Origin: Chloroflexota bacterium
GTDB lineage: Bacteria; Chloroflexota; Limnocylindria; Limnocylindrales; CSP1-4
NCBI GenBank assembly: GCA_005881055.1
Contig: VBHW01000035.1
Coordinates: 1 to 27,447 of the forward strand
Length of the DNA stretch: 27,447 bases
Direction: 5' to 3'
This document shows, piece after piece, positions 8,122-17,627 of the stretch. Below the pieces are notes generated by a model. It was not told the DNA's origin. It did not search any database and saw only the letters and a list, made by a program, of their open reading frames with translations. A program made the translations under genes and the position numbers. Positions within the stretch are counted from its first letter, which is position 1, and each line of letters begins with the position of its first letter.

Positions 8122-8841
8122 CTACCCCGCCTCCGTCTCACCCGGCGCCGGGCGATCGAACGCCACGCCGCGGTCGCGCAGGCTCACGTAGGTGTCATGA
8201 CCGATGATCAGGTGGTCCAGCAGGGCGATGTCGAGCAGGCGACCGGCCGCGAGGGCCTCGGCGGTCAGGTGGAGGTCGTCGGGGCTCGGCGTGGGATCGC
8301 CGCTCGGGTGGTTGTGGACGAGGATGAGCCCGCTCGCATTGAGCCGGACGGCGTCCCGATACAGCTCGCCGACCCGCACGAGCGACGAGCTCACGTTGCC
8401 CTGGTAGACGGTCATGACCCGGAGGACGACGTTCTTCGTGTTCAGCGCGACCGCCCGGAGCTCCTCGCGCTCGAGGCGACCCATCTGGAGGATGAGCCGG
8501 TCCGCCACGTCGCCCGGAGAGCGGACGGACCACCGTCCGGCCGGCCAGTCTGCGAGCAGCCGGCGGCCGAGCTCGAAGGCCGCGGCGAGCTGGGCGGCCT
8601 TGGCCGTCCCGACGCCGGGGAGCTGGGCGAGCTCGATCTCACTCGCACGGGCAAGGCCCGTCAGGCCGTCGTGCCTGGCCAGCGCCTCCGCCGCGAGGTC
8701 GACCGCCGAGAGGCCGCGGGACCCGGATCCCCACAGCAGCGCGATGAGCTCCGCTGCGGTCAACCCGCCGGGGCCACGCAGCGCCAGCCTCTCTCGCGGG
8801 CGCTCGCTGGCGGGCACCTCGCGCAGCGCACGACCCGCCAC
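8122..8841 (-). CDS. radC: RadC family JAB-domain protein
   Basis: Motifs ERPRERL, HhH-like LPGVGTAKAAQL and JAB HNHPSGDPTPSPDD...LLDHLIIG. GGAGG SD before the GTG. Confidence 0.95.
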   Translation of the reverse strand: MAGRALREVPASERPRERLALRGPGGLTAAELIALLWGSGSRGLSAVDLAAEALARHDGLTGLARASEIELAQLPGVGTAKAAQLAAAFELGRRLLADWPAGRWSVRSPGDVADRLILQMGRLEREELRAVALNTKNVVLRVMTVYQGNVSSSLVRVGELYRDAVRLNASGLILVHNHPSGDPTPSPDDLHLTAEALAAGRLLDIALLDHLIIGHDTYVSLRDRGVAFDRPAPGETEAG

Positions 8842-9005
8842 ACCACCTCCGTCGAGCTCGCTTCATTGGGTCCCCGGACCCGGCTGACGGAAGCCCGCCG
8901 ATTCCTCCCGCCGACCGGGTCACGGGGACGCAAGGAGCCTAGGCGGCGGCGCTCATCGGAGGCTTATCCCCGCGGTCCCTCGGGTGCACCGGCCATCACG
9001 GGCAC

Positions 9006-10157
9006 CTAGCGCGATACGCCGAGGGCCATCACGAGGAGGAGCGGCACGCCGTTGAATGCGACGTGCATGGCCAGCGATGCGTAGATCGACCGGCGGCGGA
9101 GGAAGATCCAGCCGAGGGCGAGCGAGACCGGAAGGCGGACCGCGAACGCGAAGATCGCCCATTGGACGCCCTGGCTGAACGTCGATCCGTCCAGCGTGAG
9201 GACGTGGGTGAACGCGAAGAAGATCGCTCCCTGGACGATGGCCCGCATCGCCGTCGAGGTGCGTGCCCACGCGCTCGTCGTGAACCCGCGGAAGAAGATC
9301 TCCTCGCTCACGGGGGCGACGAACGCCGCCGCGATGAGCGTGATGAGCTGTCCGCCGAGATCGGTGGGTTGGGGGAGCTGTGGCGGCGGTTGGGCGAGGA
9401 ACAAGCTGAGCAGCAGGGCGAATCCCGCGGTCACGTAGACGACGGCGACGCCGCCAAGCGCCCCGACGGCGAGGTCCGACGGCGTGGCTCCCGTCGGGCG
9501 ATGGATCCCCATGTCCGCCCAGCTGAGGGATCGCGTGCCGACCACGAGAAGCCGGACGAGCCCGACGTTGACGACGGCGCTCACGAGCAGCCCGATGAGG
9601 ACGCCCATCGGGGTGTCTCCGTGGAGCCCGAACGGGCTTCCGCCAACGGCCACGAGGAGGACGAGGAAGTTCGAGGACGCGACCGCAGCGGCGAACACGA
9701 GGATCGGCGACGGGCCGTCGTACCCGGTGCGGCCGTCGACCCGGCGTTGGATGGCCTGTGCCCCTGCGGCCGAGATAAGCCCGATCGACAGGGCCCCGAG
9801 GGCGACTCCCGCCAGGGCGACGGCAGCGGTCCCGCCGCCGGACATGAACGCCACGATGAGGATGCCGGCTCCGAGCAGCGTCGAGAGCCAGCCGAGGAGG
9901 TAGAGGCCGGGAGCGGCTCGCTCGTCGAGGTTGAAGATCCGGCCGCCCGGACGAGGCACGGAGCCGTGCCCGGGACCGATCGGACGATCCACGGATTCTG
10001 GGACAGGCGGGTTCCCCGCAGGGTCGTCCGAAGGGCCCTCCGTGGGGACCGTGTCGGAGACGTCGGCTGGGGCGGCGGAGCTCGGCTCGATAGGCTCGAT
10101 AGGCTCGATCGGCCCGCTCGGATCGACGGGCGAGCGCGGCTCGCCCGGTTCGCTCAA
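9006..10157 (-). CDS. CPBP (CAAX prenyl protease-like/Abi) intramembrane metalloprotease
   Basis: Multi-TM protein with EEIFFRG, FAFTH and HVAFN motifs. The TTG start overlaps the upstream stop (TTGA). Confidence 0.9.
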   Translation of the reverse strand: MSEPGEPRSPVDPSGPIEPIEPIEPSSAAPADVSDTVPTEGPSDDPAGNPPVPESVDRPIGPGHGSVPRPGGRIFNLDERAAPGLYLLGWLSTLLGAGILIVAFMSGGGTAAVALAGVALGALSIGLISAAGAQAIQRRVDGRTGYDGPSPILVFAAAVASSNFLVLLVAVGGSPFGLHGDTPMGVLIGLLVSAVVNVGLVRLLVVGTRSLSWADMGIHRPTGATPSDLAVGALGGVAVVYVTAGFALLLSLFLAQPPPQLPQPTDLGGQLITLIAAAFVAPVSEEIFFRGFTTSAWARTSTAMRAIVQGAIFFAFTHVLTLDGSTFSQGVQWAIFAFAVRLPVSLALGWIFLRRRSIYASLAMHVAFNGVPLLLVMALGVSR

Positions 10158-10780
10158 CGCTCGGGCAGGGGATCCGGAGCGCTGCGGCCGGACCGGATGG
10201 CCCGCGTCTGGGCACGCGCGATCGAGGTCGGCGCCGGCGCCTCGATCTGTGTGGGTCGCGCCGCGATTGCCAGCTCGGTCAGGGACGCTGCCGCGACGTC
10301 ACGGCGCTCGAAGTCCTTGCCGCACCACGCGCACAGTGACCAGTCCAGGCCCACGAGTCGGCTGCAGTTCGGACAGACCCGCTTGAGCCGCGTCCGGCAG
10401 GTGGGACAGATGATCCATTCGTCGTCGATCCGTCGCGCGCATGTCGGGCACGTATGGACGGCTTCGACCTCGGCGAGGAGCGCCTCCTCGGCCAGGTTGC
10501 GCTCGTAGACCTCGCCGATTCGCTCCTGCGGCCGGATGATCCGGTAGACGATGACCGCGGCCGGGAACAGCACGGGCGTGAAGAGGATGATGAGGCTGGC
10601 CATGACGTACGGCAGGACCGGGTTCTCGGTCCGGAGCTGCATGTCGCGGAACGCCCAGTACGCGGCGGCCAGCCACAGGATGATCCAGTAGATCGCGAAG
10701 GCCTGGAATCCGATGCGGACGGGAGGGCTGCTGAGGACGTCGCTGACGGTCTTCCCGATCTGCTGGATGATCTGGTCCAT
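10154..10780 (-). CDS. Membrane-anchored double zinc ribbon protein
   Basis: Two N-terminal TM segments, then four CxxC pairs (CPTC, CPTC, CPNC, CAWC). Confidence 0.88.
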   Translation of the reverse strand: MDQIIQQIGKTVSDVLSSPPVRIGFQAFAIYWIILWLAAAYWAFRDMQLRTENPVLPYVMASLIILFTPVLFPAAVIVYRIIRPQERIGEVYERNLAEEALLAEVEAVHTCPTCARRIDDEWIICPTCRTRLKRVCPNCSRLVGLDWSLCAWCGKDFERRDVAAASLTELAIAARPTQIEAPAPTSIARAQTRAIRSGRSAPDPLPER

Positions 10781-10862
10781 GCGCGGGTTCGAGTGCCTCC
10801 AATGGCAGGCGCTCCGCCTGGGCTCCCGACATCCGACGGTCCGTGCCGGCCTCGCTCGGCGC

Positions 10863-10868
10863 AGTGTA
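10863..10868 (-). promoter_or_regulatory. Candidate -10 box (TACACT)
   Basis: TAnnnT hexamer in the short gap upstream of the 10780 gene. Confidence 0.4.
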
Positions 10869-10912
10869 GCAGGGGCGTCGGTGCGGACTGGACGAGGGAA
10901 GGGGGCGGTTCG

Positions 10913-12328
10913 TTACGCCGGCGCGTCGTCTCCGGCCGAGGTGCCGCCGCGCTCGCGGAAGCCGAGCGCGCCGCCGACCACGAGCAGCACCGCGCCCACG
11001 AACATCAGGTCGAGGCCGAGGCCCGTCCCGAACGGGCCCGTCGCGTAGTCCCACGCCATGCCGACGAAGACGCCGCCGAGCACGAGCGGCAGCGCGACGG
11101 CCCAGAACGTTCGCGGCAGCTTGTTGGGCAGGGTGGTGAGCAGCAAGCTGGTCAGCGCGGCAAGGACGAGCAGGACATAGGCCGGATTCGCGAGTCCCCA
11201 CTGCCCGAGGTAGCCGAGATCGTGCTGGGTCCCGGCGACGCCGAGGCCGCTGCCGGCGGCGGTCGCCCAGCCGGACGCGTTGTCGGGCGACCGGAACGGG
11301 AGGTCCGAGAACAAGCCGGCGCGGCCGGCCTCCGGGGTCGCCTGCTGCGCCGACGCCGCCCACGCCGCCGAGGCGGTCGAGGCGGTCGAGGCGGCCGGCA
11401 CGGAGACCGCGGCGAAGGCCGGGCGGGACGCCGCCGGGGTCGCCTGGGCCGCGGGCGTCAGGAGCCGTGCGGATGGCGTGCCGTCCGGGGCGGAGTACCA
11501 GCGGTTCGGTCCCGGCGTGGCCGGGACGCTTGCGACACGCGTCGTCGCGGTCGGCCGACCGCTCGGGCTGAGCGGGACGTACTGCGTGGCCGACGGTGCG
11601 AGATAGCTGCCCGCGATCGCCGGGCTGGCGGACGGTGCCGGCGAGGGCGGTCGCGAGGACAGCACTCCCGCGGCCGCCGGGACCGCGCTCGCAAAGGCGA
11701 CCATCGGGCGGCCAGCGCCGCCGGGCCCGCTTGCCGCGGCGGCCGGCGCGGTCGGAACCGTGACGACCGGCTCGGGTGCCGCAGTCGACGGTAGCGGCCC
11801 GGCCCAGTCCTGGAGCACCGGCGGGACCGTGTCCGCGTGCGGTCGGCCGTTCAGGATGCTGGCCTTGGATGGACTGCGGGACGTGGGAGCGCGATGGACA
11901 GGAGCGGGAGGGGCGGCGTCGTCCGCGGCGTGACCGGTCGACGGCGCGCCGTTCGCCCCACCGTTCGACGGGCCGTCGGCGGCGATGACCTCGGCGAGCT
12001 GCGCCTCCGTCGAGGCCTCCGTGTTCGAGGGCTCATGGTGCCGGCGGAGACGGAGGCGCGGCACTCGCAGGCCCGGACCATGCTCGGGCGATGGGGCCTC
12101 GCCCGCCTGGCCATCGAGGTTCTCGCCTTCGTCCGCTCCCCTGCCCCGTGGCGACGCGTCGGCTCGCGTCGCGGCGGATCCCCGGGGCCGCCTGCCGGCG
12201 GGACGAGGAACCACGCGATGCGTCGAGCCTGCGACGGAGGCGAGGAGCGTTCCGCACGTCGGGCAGGACAGCCGCCCATACGGAACCGTTCCGGCGCACT
12301 CCGGGCAGACCACCCGCCTCGTCGCCAA
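10913..12328 (-). CDS. Protein with an N-terminal zinc ribbon, long Pro/Ala-rich linker and C-terminal TM segments
   Basis: CPEC..CPTC at the N-terminus, more than 300 aa of low-complexity linker, and 3-4 hydrophobic C-terminal segments. TTG start with a GGAGG SD. Confidence 0.8.
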   Translation of the reverse strand: MATRRVVCPECAGTVPYGRLSCPTCGTLLASVAGSTHRVVPRPAGRRPRGSAATRADASPRGRGADEGENLDGQAGEAPSPEHGPGLRVPRLRLRRHHEPSNTEASTEAQLAEVIAADGPSNGGANGAPSTGHAADDAAPPAPVHRAPTSRSPSKASILNGRPHADTVPPVLQDWAGPLPSTAAPEPVVTVPTAPAAAASGPGGAGRPMVAFASAVPAAAGVLSSRPPSPAPSASPAIAGSYLAPSATQYVPLSPSGRPTATTRVASVPATPGPNRWYSAPDGTPSARLLTPAAQATPAASRPAFAAVSVPAASTASTASAAWAASAQQATPEAGRAGLFSDLPFRSPDNASGWATAAGSGLGVAGTQHDLGYLGQWGLANPAYVLLVLAALTSLLLTTLPNKLPRTFWAVALPLVLGGVFVGMAWDYATGPFGTGLGLDLMFVGAVLLVVGGALGFRERGGTSAGDDAPA

Positions 12329-12396
12329 GCTCTACCTCCAGGGTCGGATCGGGGCCCGTTGCGGGCCCGCGGCGCACAGAGTGCCAGAGGCGGGGA

Positions 12397-13437
12397 CTAC
12401 TCGACCAGTCCCCCCGACGGGTCAGGTCCTCCCCTGCTGAACGTCCCGGTCCGTGCACGACCTGCCGGGGGACCATGGGCCACCTCCGCGGACCACAGCA
12501 GTCCGCGCCAGGTCGACGCGACGCCGGCCAGGACGATGCCACCGAGCCAGGAGACGAGACCGAGGATCCCGCCGGCCAGGGCCAGCCGGGGATCGCCGCG
12601 GGCTCCGACGCCGGCCTCGATGACGGAGAATCCCGCCGACGCCACGACGATCGCCGGACCGACCGCGAGGGCGAGGGCGACGAAGCTCAGGGCCGTCGCG
12701 GCGAGCACTCCGAGCGGTCGCCGGACGACGTGTCGGACCATCGCGCCGAGGGCACCGGGCGCGCCGATGTCGCGCTGGACGGCGAGCCGCACCGCGATGC
12801 CGCCGGCGACCTCGGCGACCGCCCAGGCGACGACGACGAATACGAGGAACGGGGCCGTCTCGCGGACGACGCGATCCGCGAGGGGCGTGTCCAGGTCGAA
12901 CGGTGAGATGAGCTGCCGGTAGGTGGAATCGACGACCGGACCGGCCGCCACGGCGACGGCCAATGCGGGCAACGCGAGCAGCGCGAACCGGATCGCCGCG
13001 AGTCGGGCGACGATACGTGCGCCGGTCGCGCCCGTGCCGATCGGCTCCGCCCGGGCGAGGTAGCCATCGGTCGCAGCGCCGATCAGCACCCCGAGGACGA
13101 CCCAGCCGACGACCACGATGCCGGCCGATACGAGGATCGCGATGCCCTGGCTCGACGGCCCCGCCGGCGTGACGACCGCCGGCCCGACGATGTTCGCGAT
13201 CCCCACCGGGCTGGGGAGCGGCAGGATCGGGACGAGGAGCAGGAGGATGCCGCCGCGGGCGAGGAAGCCGGCCAGCGCGACGACCCATGTCGATGGCCGG
13301 GCGAGCGTCTGCGACGTCGCCCAGGCGAGGCCGTCGATCCAGCCGGCCGACCGTGAACGCCCCTCGAGCCGTGCGCCCCCCTCGGCCGGAGCGGCCACGA
13401 CCGACTCGCCGACGACGCCGGGGGACGACCCCGTCAT
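12397..13437 (-). CDS. Hypothetical multi-pass membrane protein
   Basis: This is the hydrophobic portion of track ORF 12397..14217 starting at MTGSSPG. Its ATG overlaps the UPF0182 stop (ATGA). It has multiple TM-like segments. Confidence 0.8.
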   Translation of the reverse strand: MTGSSPGVVGESVVAAPAEGGARLEGRSRSAGWIDGLAWATSQTLARPSTWVVALAGFLARGGILLLLVPILPLPSPVGIANIVGPAVVTPAGPSSQGIAILVSAGIVVVGWVVLGVLIGAATDGYLARAEPIGTGATGARIVARLAAIRFALLALPALAVAVAAGPVVDSTYRQLISPFDLDTPLADRVVRETAPFLVFVVVAWAVAEVAGGIAVRLAVQRDIGAPGALGAMVRHVVRRPLGVLAATALSFVALALAVGPAIVVASAGFSVIEAGVGARGDPRLALAGGILGLVSWLGGIVLAGVASTWRGLLWSAEVAHGPPAGRARTGTFSRGGPDPSGGLVE

Positions 13438-16400
13438 GGGGCGGGGCTTGGGCTCGCGGACGCCGGCGGTGCCCCGCTGGCATGGACGAGGACGCTCAGG
13501 CGGCGGAGCGCATCCTGGACGAGGGCGATCTCGCGGCCGTACGTCGCGAAGTCGCCTGCGCGGAGCGCGGCCTGCGCGCGCTCGAAGTGGTCGTTCGCGT
13601 ACTCGACGAGCGCCTGCACGTCGGCGGGCGGGCTCGCACCCGGCCCAGCGGTGGGTGTCGGAGTGGCGCTCGGCCCCGGGCTGGCGGATGGGCTCGGGCC
13701 CGGGGTCGGCTCGCCTCCATGGCCGAAGCCTCCGGCGAGCAGCAGGTTCAGCGACTCGCGGAGCGTGTCGCCCCAGACGACCGTCGTCGGCGTGGCGAGC
13801 ACGATCTTCTCGAGCTGCGGGAACGCGGCGTTCGTCGATTTCAGGTAGATCGGCTGGAGGTACAGCAGCGAATCCTGGATGGGCAGGACGATGAGATTGC
13901 CCTTGATGACCGTGCTGCCGGCGGCATCCCACAGGCTGACCTGCGAGCTGATCGTCGGCTCCGCGTCGATCTTCGCCTCGATCTGGTTCGGCCCGATGAC
14001 GGTCGTGTCCTGGGGGAACTGGTAGACGCGCACCCCGCCGTAGTGCGGCGGATCGTTCCGGGCGGCGATCCAGGCGATCATGTTCGGCCGCTGCTTGGGC
14101 ACCATCGGCTGGAGGAGGAGGAACTCGGGCTCCGGCTCGCCCGGCATCCGCATGACGACGTAGTAGGCCTCGGACGGGAGGCTCTGGCTGCCGCCCGGAT
14201 CGACCGGGACCGTCCACAGGTCGTTGTTCGCGTAGAACGACGAGGCGTTCGTCACGTGGTACGTCGCGAACTGGCGCGTCTGGACGTTGAACAGCTCCTC
14301 CGGTACGCGGAGGTGCTCGCGCAGGTCGGCCGGCATCCGGTCGGCGGGCGTGAAGAGCGTCGGGAAGATTCCCTCGTACGCCCGCAGGATCGGATCGTTG
14401 GGATCCATCGCGTAGAAGGTCATCGTGCCGTCGTAGGCGTCGCTGACGATCTTCACGCTGTTGCGGATGTAGCTGAAGGTATCGCCCGCCAGGCCGCTGC
14501 GATCGCCGAGGCTCGAGCCGTCGAATGGCTGGGCATTCGGGAAGCGGTTGCTCACCGTGTACGCGTCCTGGATGTACACGAGACGTCCGGACGCGGTGAC
14601 GACGAGGTAGGGGTCCTTGTCGAGGCGGAGGAACGGCGCGACCAGCGACAGGCGCGCCTGCAGCGAGCGATGGAACAGGAGCTCGCTATCGGCGGTGACC
14701 TGGTCGCTGATGAGCAGGTTGAGATCGGTGAACCGGGCGGCGAACAGGAGCTTCGTGAGCGTCGTGTCGAGGCGGATTCCCGTGGAGCCGGTCCAGGCCG
14801 GCGCGTCGGCTCGTCCTTCCGCGCTCGTGTCGCTACCGACGGGGTAGTCGAAGGCACGTTGCCGCGCGTTGACGATCACGTAGTCGGAATCGCGTTCCCC
14901 GAAATAGATCCGCGGCTCGCTGATCGTGGGCGCGCCCGGGGTCGAGACGGGCGGCAGATCGCGGACGACGAGCTCTGGCTGGCCACCGGGCGTGGCCGCG
15001 TTCACGGGCACCATGGCCACCCCGATGCCGTGCGTGAACGTGATTCGCTGGTTCACCCACGAGTTCGCCTGCGGGTTCTTCTCCGGGGCGAGCTCGCGGG
15101 CACCGAGCATCACCTGCCGGATCTGCCCGTCGATCTGGTAGCGGTCCGTGTCGATGTCCGTGAAGTCGTAGTACTGGCGGATCGTCTGGAGCTGGTCGAG
15201 GGTGTCGCCGAGGGGGCGGTAGTCCCATAGGCGGGCGTTCGCGAACGTCGCCGACTCGTTGTCGACGGCTGCCGCGGTCAGCGGCGCGTCGCCGTTGAAG
15301 CGGCGGGTCTCCCACGTGTCGAGGCCGAACGCCAGCCGGGTCATCCGGATGTTGTTGTCGATATACGGCTGCTCCTGTGCGAACTGGTTCGGGAGCACGC
15401 TGAAGCGCTGGACGAGCTCCGGATAGACGCTGCCGAGCACGAACGACGCGACCAACCACGTCAGGACCGCCAGCCCGAGCGGCCACACCCATTTCGTGAA
15501 CCCGGCCCCGACGAGGAACGCCCCGGCGAAGGCCGCGACGACCGTGAGGACGTCGAACGCGAGGAACTGGGCATGCTGGTCGGTGTAGCTGACTCCGGTC
15601 GCGACTCCGCGGTTCGAGTACACGAGCTCGAGCTTGTCGAGCTGGTAGCCCGCAGCCACGATGAGGAGGATGAATCCCCCGAGGACGGCGAGGTGGACGC
15701 GGACGCGGGTCGTGACGGTGAGCGACCCGTCGAGCAGGCCCACGGCAAGCCGTCCCGCGACGAGCACGAGCGTCGCGACGAGGAGACCGGTGGCCGCCGA
15801 CTGGACGAGCCGGAGGAACGGCAGGTCGAAGAGGAAGAACCCGATGTCGCGGTTGAAGATCGGGTCGGTGACCGCGCCCGGGCCCGACGGGCTGTACGGA
15901 ACCTGGTGCGCCCAGAGCTGGATCGTCTCCCAGTGGGCGGCGACCGAGCCCGCGAGGCTCAGGGCGATGATGACCGCGAGGACGACGAGGACGAGGCGCG
16001 CGATCGGCGTCAGGTCCGGGATCTCGTCGAGCTCGACCTCGAACCCGGGGCGCGTTCCGGGCCGTCGAGGCGCGCCGAAGAACGTACCCCCGAACGGCGA
16101 TCGATCGTCGCGGTCCTCGTAGCGGTCGCCGAACCGCCCGCCGGGCCGTCCCGCGGTCCCCCTTCCCGCGGATCCGCGTCCCTCGGTCCTCCGCCCGTCG
16201 AAGCCACTCGTGCTGTCGGCCATCCGCTCGAAGAACTCACGGACGCCGACGCGTGGGCCCTGCGGCCGGGGAAGCGCCCGGCCGGCGATCCAGAGGTTGC
16301 CGAGGAGGATCGCGAGCGCGAGCACGAACGTCCCGACGAACAGCCCCAGCTGGGTGAGCACCCGCGTCCAGAACACCGGGTCGTAGCCGACGCTGCGGAA

Positions 16401-16862
16401 CCAGATCGCGTCGGTCCAGAACGTGACGATCGTCCCGCCGAGGACGAGGACGACGAGGACCACGACGAAGAGGAGCGCCAGCCCGATCGTCCGGCCCCCA
16501 CCGCGCCTGTCGCCGTCGCCACCGTCCTCGCGTCGCCGGCGCGTGGGCCCGCGCGAGCCGCCGCCCGGCGTGCGCGAGCTCCCTGGCCCGGGGCGGGGCC
16601 CGCGAAGAGGGGTCGGCTCAGGTTCGCCGTCGTCGGGACCGTCGGCGCCTGCCTCATCGGCGCCCGCCCCGTCGGCGCCGGTCTCACGGGTGCCGTCGTT
16701 TGCGGACAGCATCGGATCGGAGTCGGCGTCGGACTCCGGGGGCTCGTCGTCCGCGCCCGAGCGCTCGCGACCGCGGTCGGAGGGACGCGACGGATGCCCC
16801 TTTCGGGCATCGGCCTGCCTCCGGCGCAGCTCCTCCATGAACTCGTCGAAGAGATCACCCAT
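13434..16862 (-). CDS. UPF0182 family membrane protein (COG1615-like)
   Basis: Motifs WTDAIWFRSVGY, TDPIFNRDIGFFLFDLP, YIDNNIRMTRLAFGL, RLWDYRPL, YTHG-like FTHGIG, PRIYFGE, DPYLV, YIRNSVK and QIEAKIDAEPTIS. 1142 aa. Confidence 0.93.
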   Translation of the reverse strand: MGDLFDEFMEELRRRQADARKGHPSRPSDRGRERSGADDEPPESDADSDPMLSANDGTRETGADGAGADEAGADGPDDGEPEPTPLRGPRPGPGSSRTPGGGSRGPTRRRREDGGDGDRRGGGRTIGLALLFVVVLVVLVLGGTIVTFWTDAIWFRSVGYDPVFWTRVLTQLGLFVGTFVLALAILLGNLWIAGRALPRPQGPRVGVREFFERMADSTSGFDGRRTEGRGSAGRGTAGRPGGRFGDRYEDRDDRSPFGGTFFGAPRRPGTRPGFEVELDEIPDLTPIARLVLVVLAVIIALSLAGSVAAHWETIQLWAHQVPYSPSGPGAVTDPIFNRDIGFFLFDLPFLRLVQSAATGLLVATLVLVAGRLAVGLLDGSLTVTTRVRVHLAVLGGFILLIVAAGYQLDKLELVYSNRGVATGVSYTDQHAQFLAFDVLTVVAAFAGAFLVGAGFTKWVWPLGLAVLTWLVASFVLGSVYPELVQRFSVLPNQFAQEQPYIDNNIRMTRLAFGLDTWETRRFNGDAPLTAAAVDNESATFANARLWDYRPLGDTLDQLQTIRQYYDFTDIDTDRYQIDGQIRQVMLGARELAPEKNPQANSWVNQRITFTHGIGVAMVPVNAATPGGQPELVVRDLPPVSTPGAPTISEPRIYFGERDSDYVIVNARQRAFDYPVGSDTSAEGRADAPAWTGSTGIRLDTTLTKLLFAARFTDLNLLISDQVTADSELLFHRSLQARLSLVAPFLRLDKDPYLVVTASGRLVYIQDAYTVSNRFPNAQPFDGSSLGDRSGLAGDTFSYIRNSVKIVSDAYDGTMTFYAMDPNDPILRAYEGIFPTLFTPADRMPADLREHLRVPEELFNVQTRQFATYHVTNASSFYANNDLWTVPVDPGGSQSLPSEAYYVVMRMPGEPEPEFLLLQPMVPKQRPNMIAWIAARNDPPHYGGVRVYQFPQDTTVIGPNQIEAKIDAEPTISSQVSLWDAAGSTVIKGNLIVLPIQDSLLYLQPIYLKSTNAAFPQLEKIVLATPTTVVWGDTLRESLNLLLAGGFGHGGEPTPGPSPSASPGPSATPTPTAGPGASPPADVQALVEYANDHFERAQAALRAGDFATYGREIALVQDALRRLSVLVHASGAPPASASPSPAP

Positions 16863-16874
16863 GACGGTTCGCGG

Positions 16875-16880
16875 AGTCTA
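16875..16880 (-). promoter_or_regulatory. Candidate -10 box (TAGACT) for UPF0182
   Basis: TAGACT lies 12 nt before the ATG at 16862. Confidence 0.45.
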
Positions 16881-16885
16881 CGACG

Positions 16886-17344
16886 TCAGGGCCGAGCGAG
16901 CCCTTCGACCGATCGACGGAAGCCGTCGAGCGCCGCCTGGGCCAGCTCGTTCGGGCGCATGGTCGCCGCGCGCATCGGCTCCCAGCGGATGCCGGCGAGC
17001 ACGGCGAGCGGGCAGTCCCACGGCTTCCGCGGGTCGTCGGGCGGCGTCGCGACGGCGAGGCGGAACTGGAGCCGGCCGGCGTCCTCGAGGATCATCCCGG
17101 ACAGCGATCCGGCCAGGCTCGGTCCGAGGCGCGTGGCGGGTGGCTCGGGAGGAGGTCCGGCGCGCGGAGCGACGTCGCGGAACGAGATGACGCCACGCTC
17201 GTCCTCGACCCACAGGAGCGCCAGCCACCAGCCGTCGTCGCTGAGGGTGGGTCGACCCATGCCTGCACGGAGCCATCGATCGTGCACGTGGAGGGCCGCC
17301 TCGCGCAGGAATGACGGACCGGGCGCCGGGATCCGATCGGGCAC
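16886..17344 (-). CDS. Hypothetical protein (152 aa)
   Basis: Globular, Trp-rich composition. It fits the gap in the same orientation as its neighbours, and TAGACT lies 6 nt upstream of the GTG. Confidence 0.75.
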   Translation of the reverse strand: MPDRIPAPGPSFLREAALHVHDRWLRAGMGRPTLSDDGWWLALLWVEDERGVISFRDVAPRAGPPPEPPATRLGPSLAGSLSGMILEDAGRLQFRLAVATPPDDPRKPWDCPLAVLAGIRWEPMRAATMRPNELAQAALDGFRRSVEGLARP

Positions 17345-17350
17345 GCGGGC

Positions 17351-17356
17351 AGTCTA
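17351..17356 (-). promoter_or_regulatory. Candidate -10 box (TAGACT), leaderless arrangement
   Basis: TAGACT-gcccgc-GTG(17344). Confidence 0.55.
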
Positions 17357-17407
17357 GCGGCAGGTGGTCGAGGGCCTGCGAATCTCAGGCGAGGAGTCCG
17401 ACCCGGC

Positions 17408-17572
17408 GCGAAGTGGCCAAACTTCGCCTACGGAGAATTCGGGCAGGGCATTTCTCGATTCGGGACGGCAGAGAGGCTTCCTCCGGCCTCTGGGTGCGTG
17501 TCGCCGCGCGGCCCGGACGTCATGAGCCGTCGCAACCACCGGAATCACGACCTGAACCCGACCGAATTCTCC
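17408..17572. repeat. Intergenic inverted-repeat element: an 11-bp perfect IR plus an adjacent 7-bp hairpin
   Basis: GGAGAATTCGG (17432-17442) pairs with CCGAATTCTCC (17562-17572). GCGAAGT (17408-17414) pairs with ACTTCGC (17421-17427). Confidence 0.8.
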
Positions 17573-17627
17573 CCGGGCGCAAATCTGGCCGGAAACGCGA
17601 CCCCGCGGCCGTCCGCCGCGGCGGTGT

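Noticed and set aside
8870-8929. Hairpin in the radC 5' region (GTCCCCG/CGGGGAC and ACCCGG/CCGGGT)
   Set aside because: It is real as a sequence pattern, but GC-only stems of this size are common here. It has no recognisable motif or U-tract.
10084-10110. 9-bp repeats (GGCTCGATA/C), and similarly GAGGCGGTC near 11370-11392
   Set aside because: These are in-frame codon repeats encoding EPIEPIEP and ASTASTAS in disordered linkers, not independent elements.
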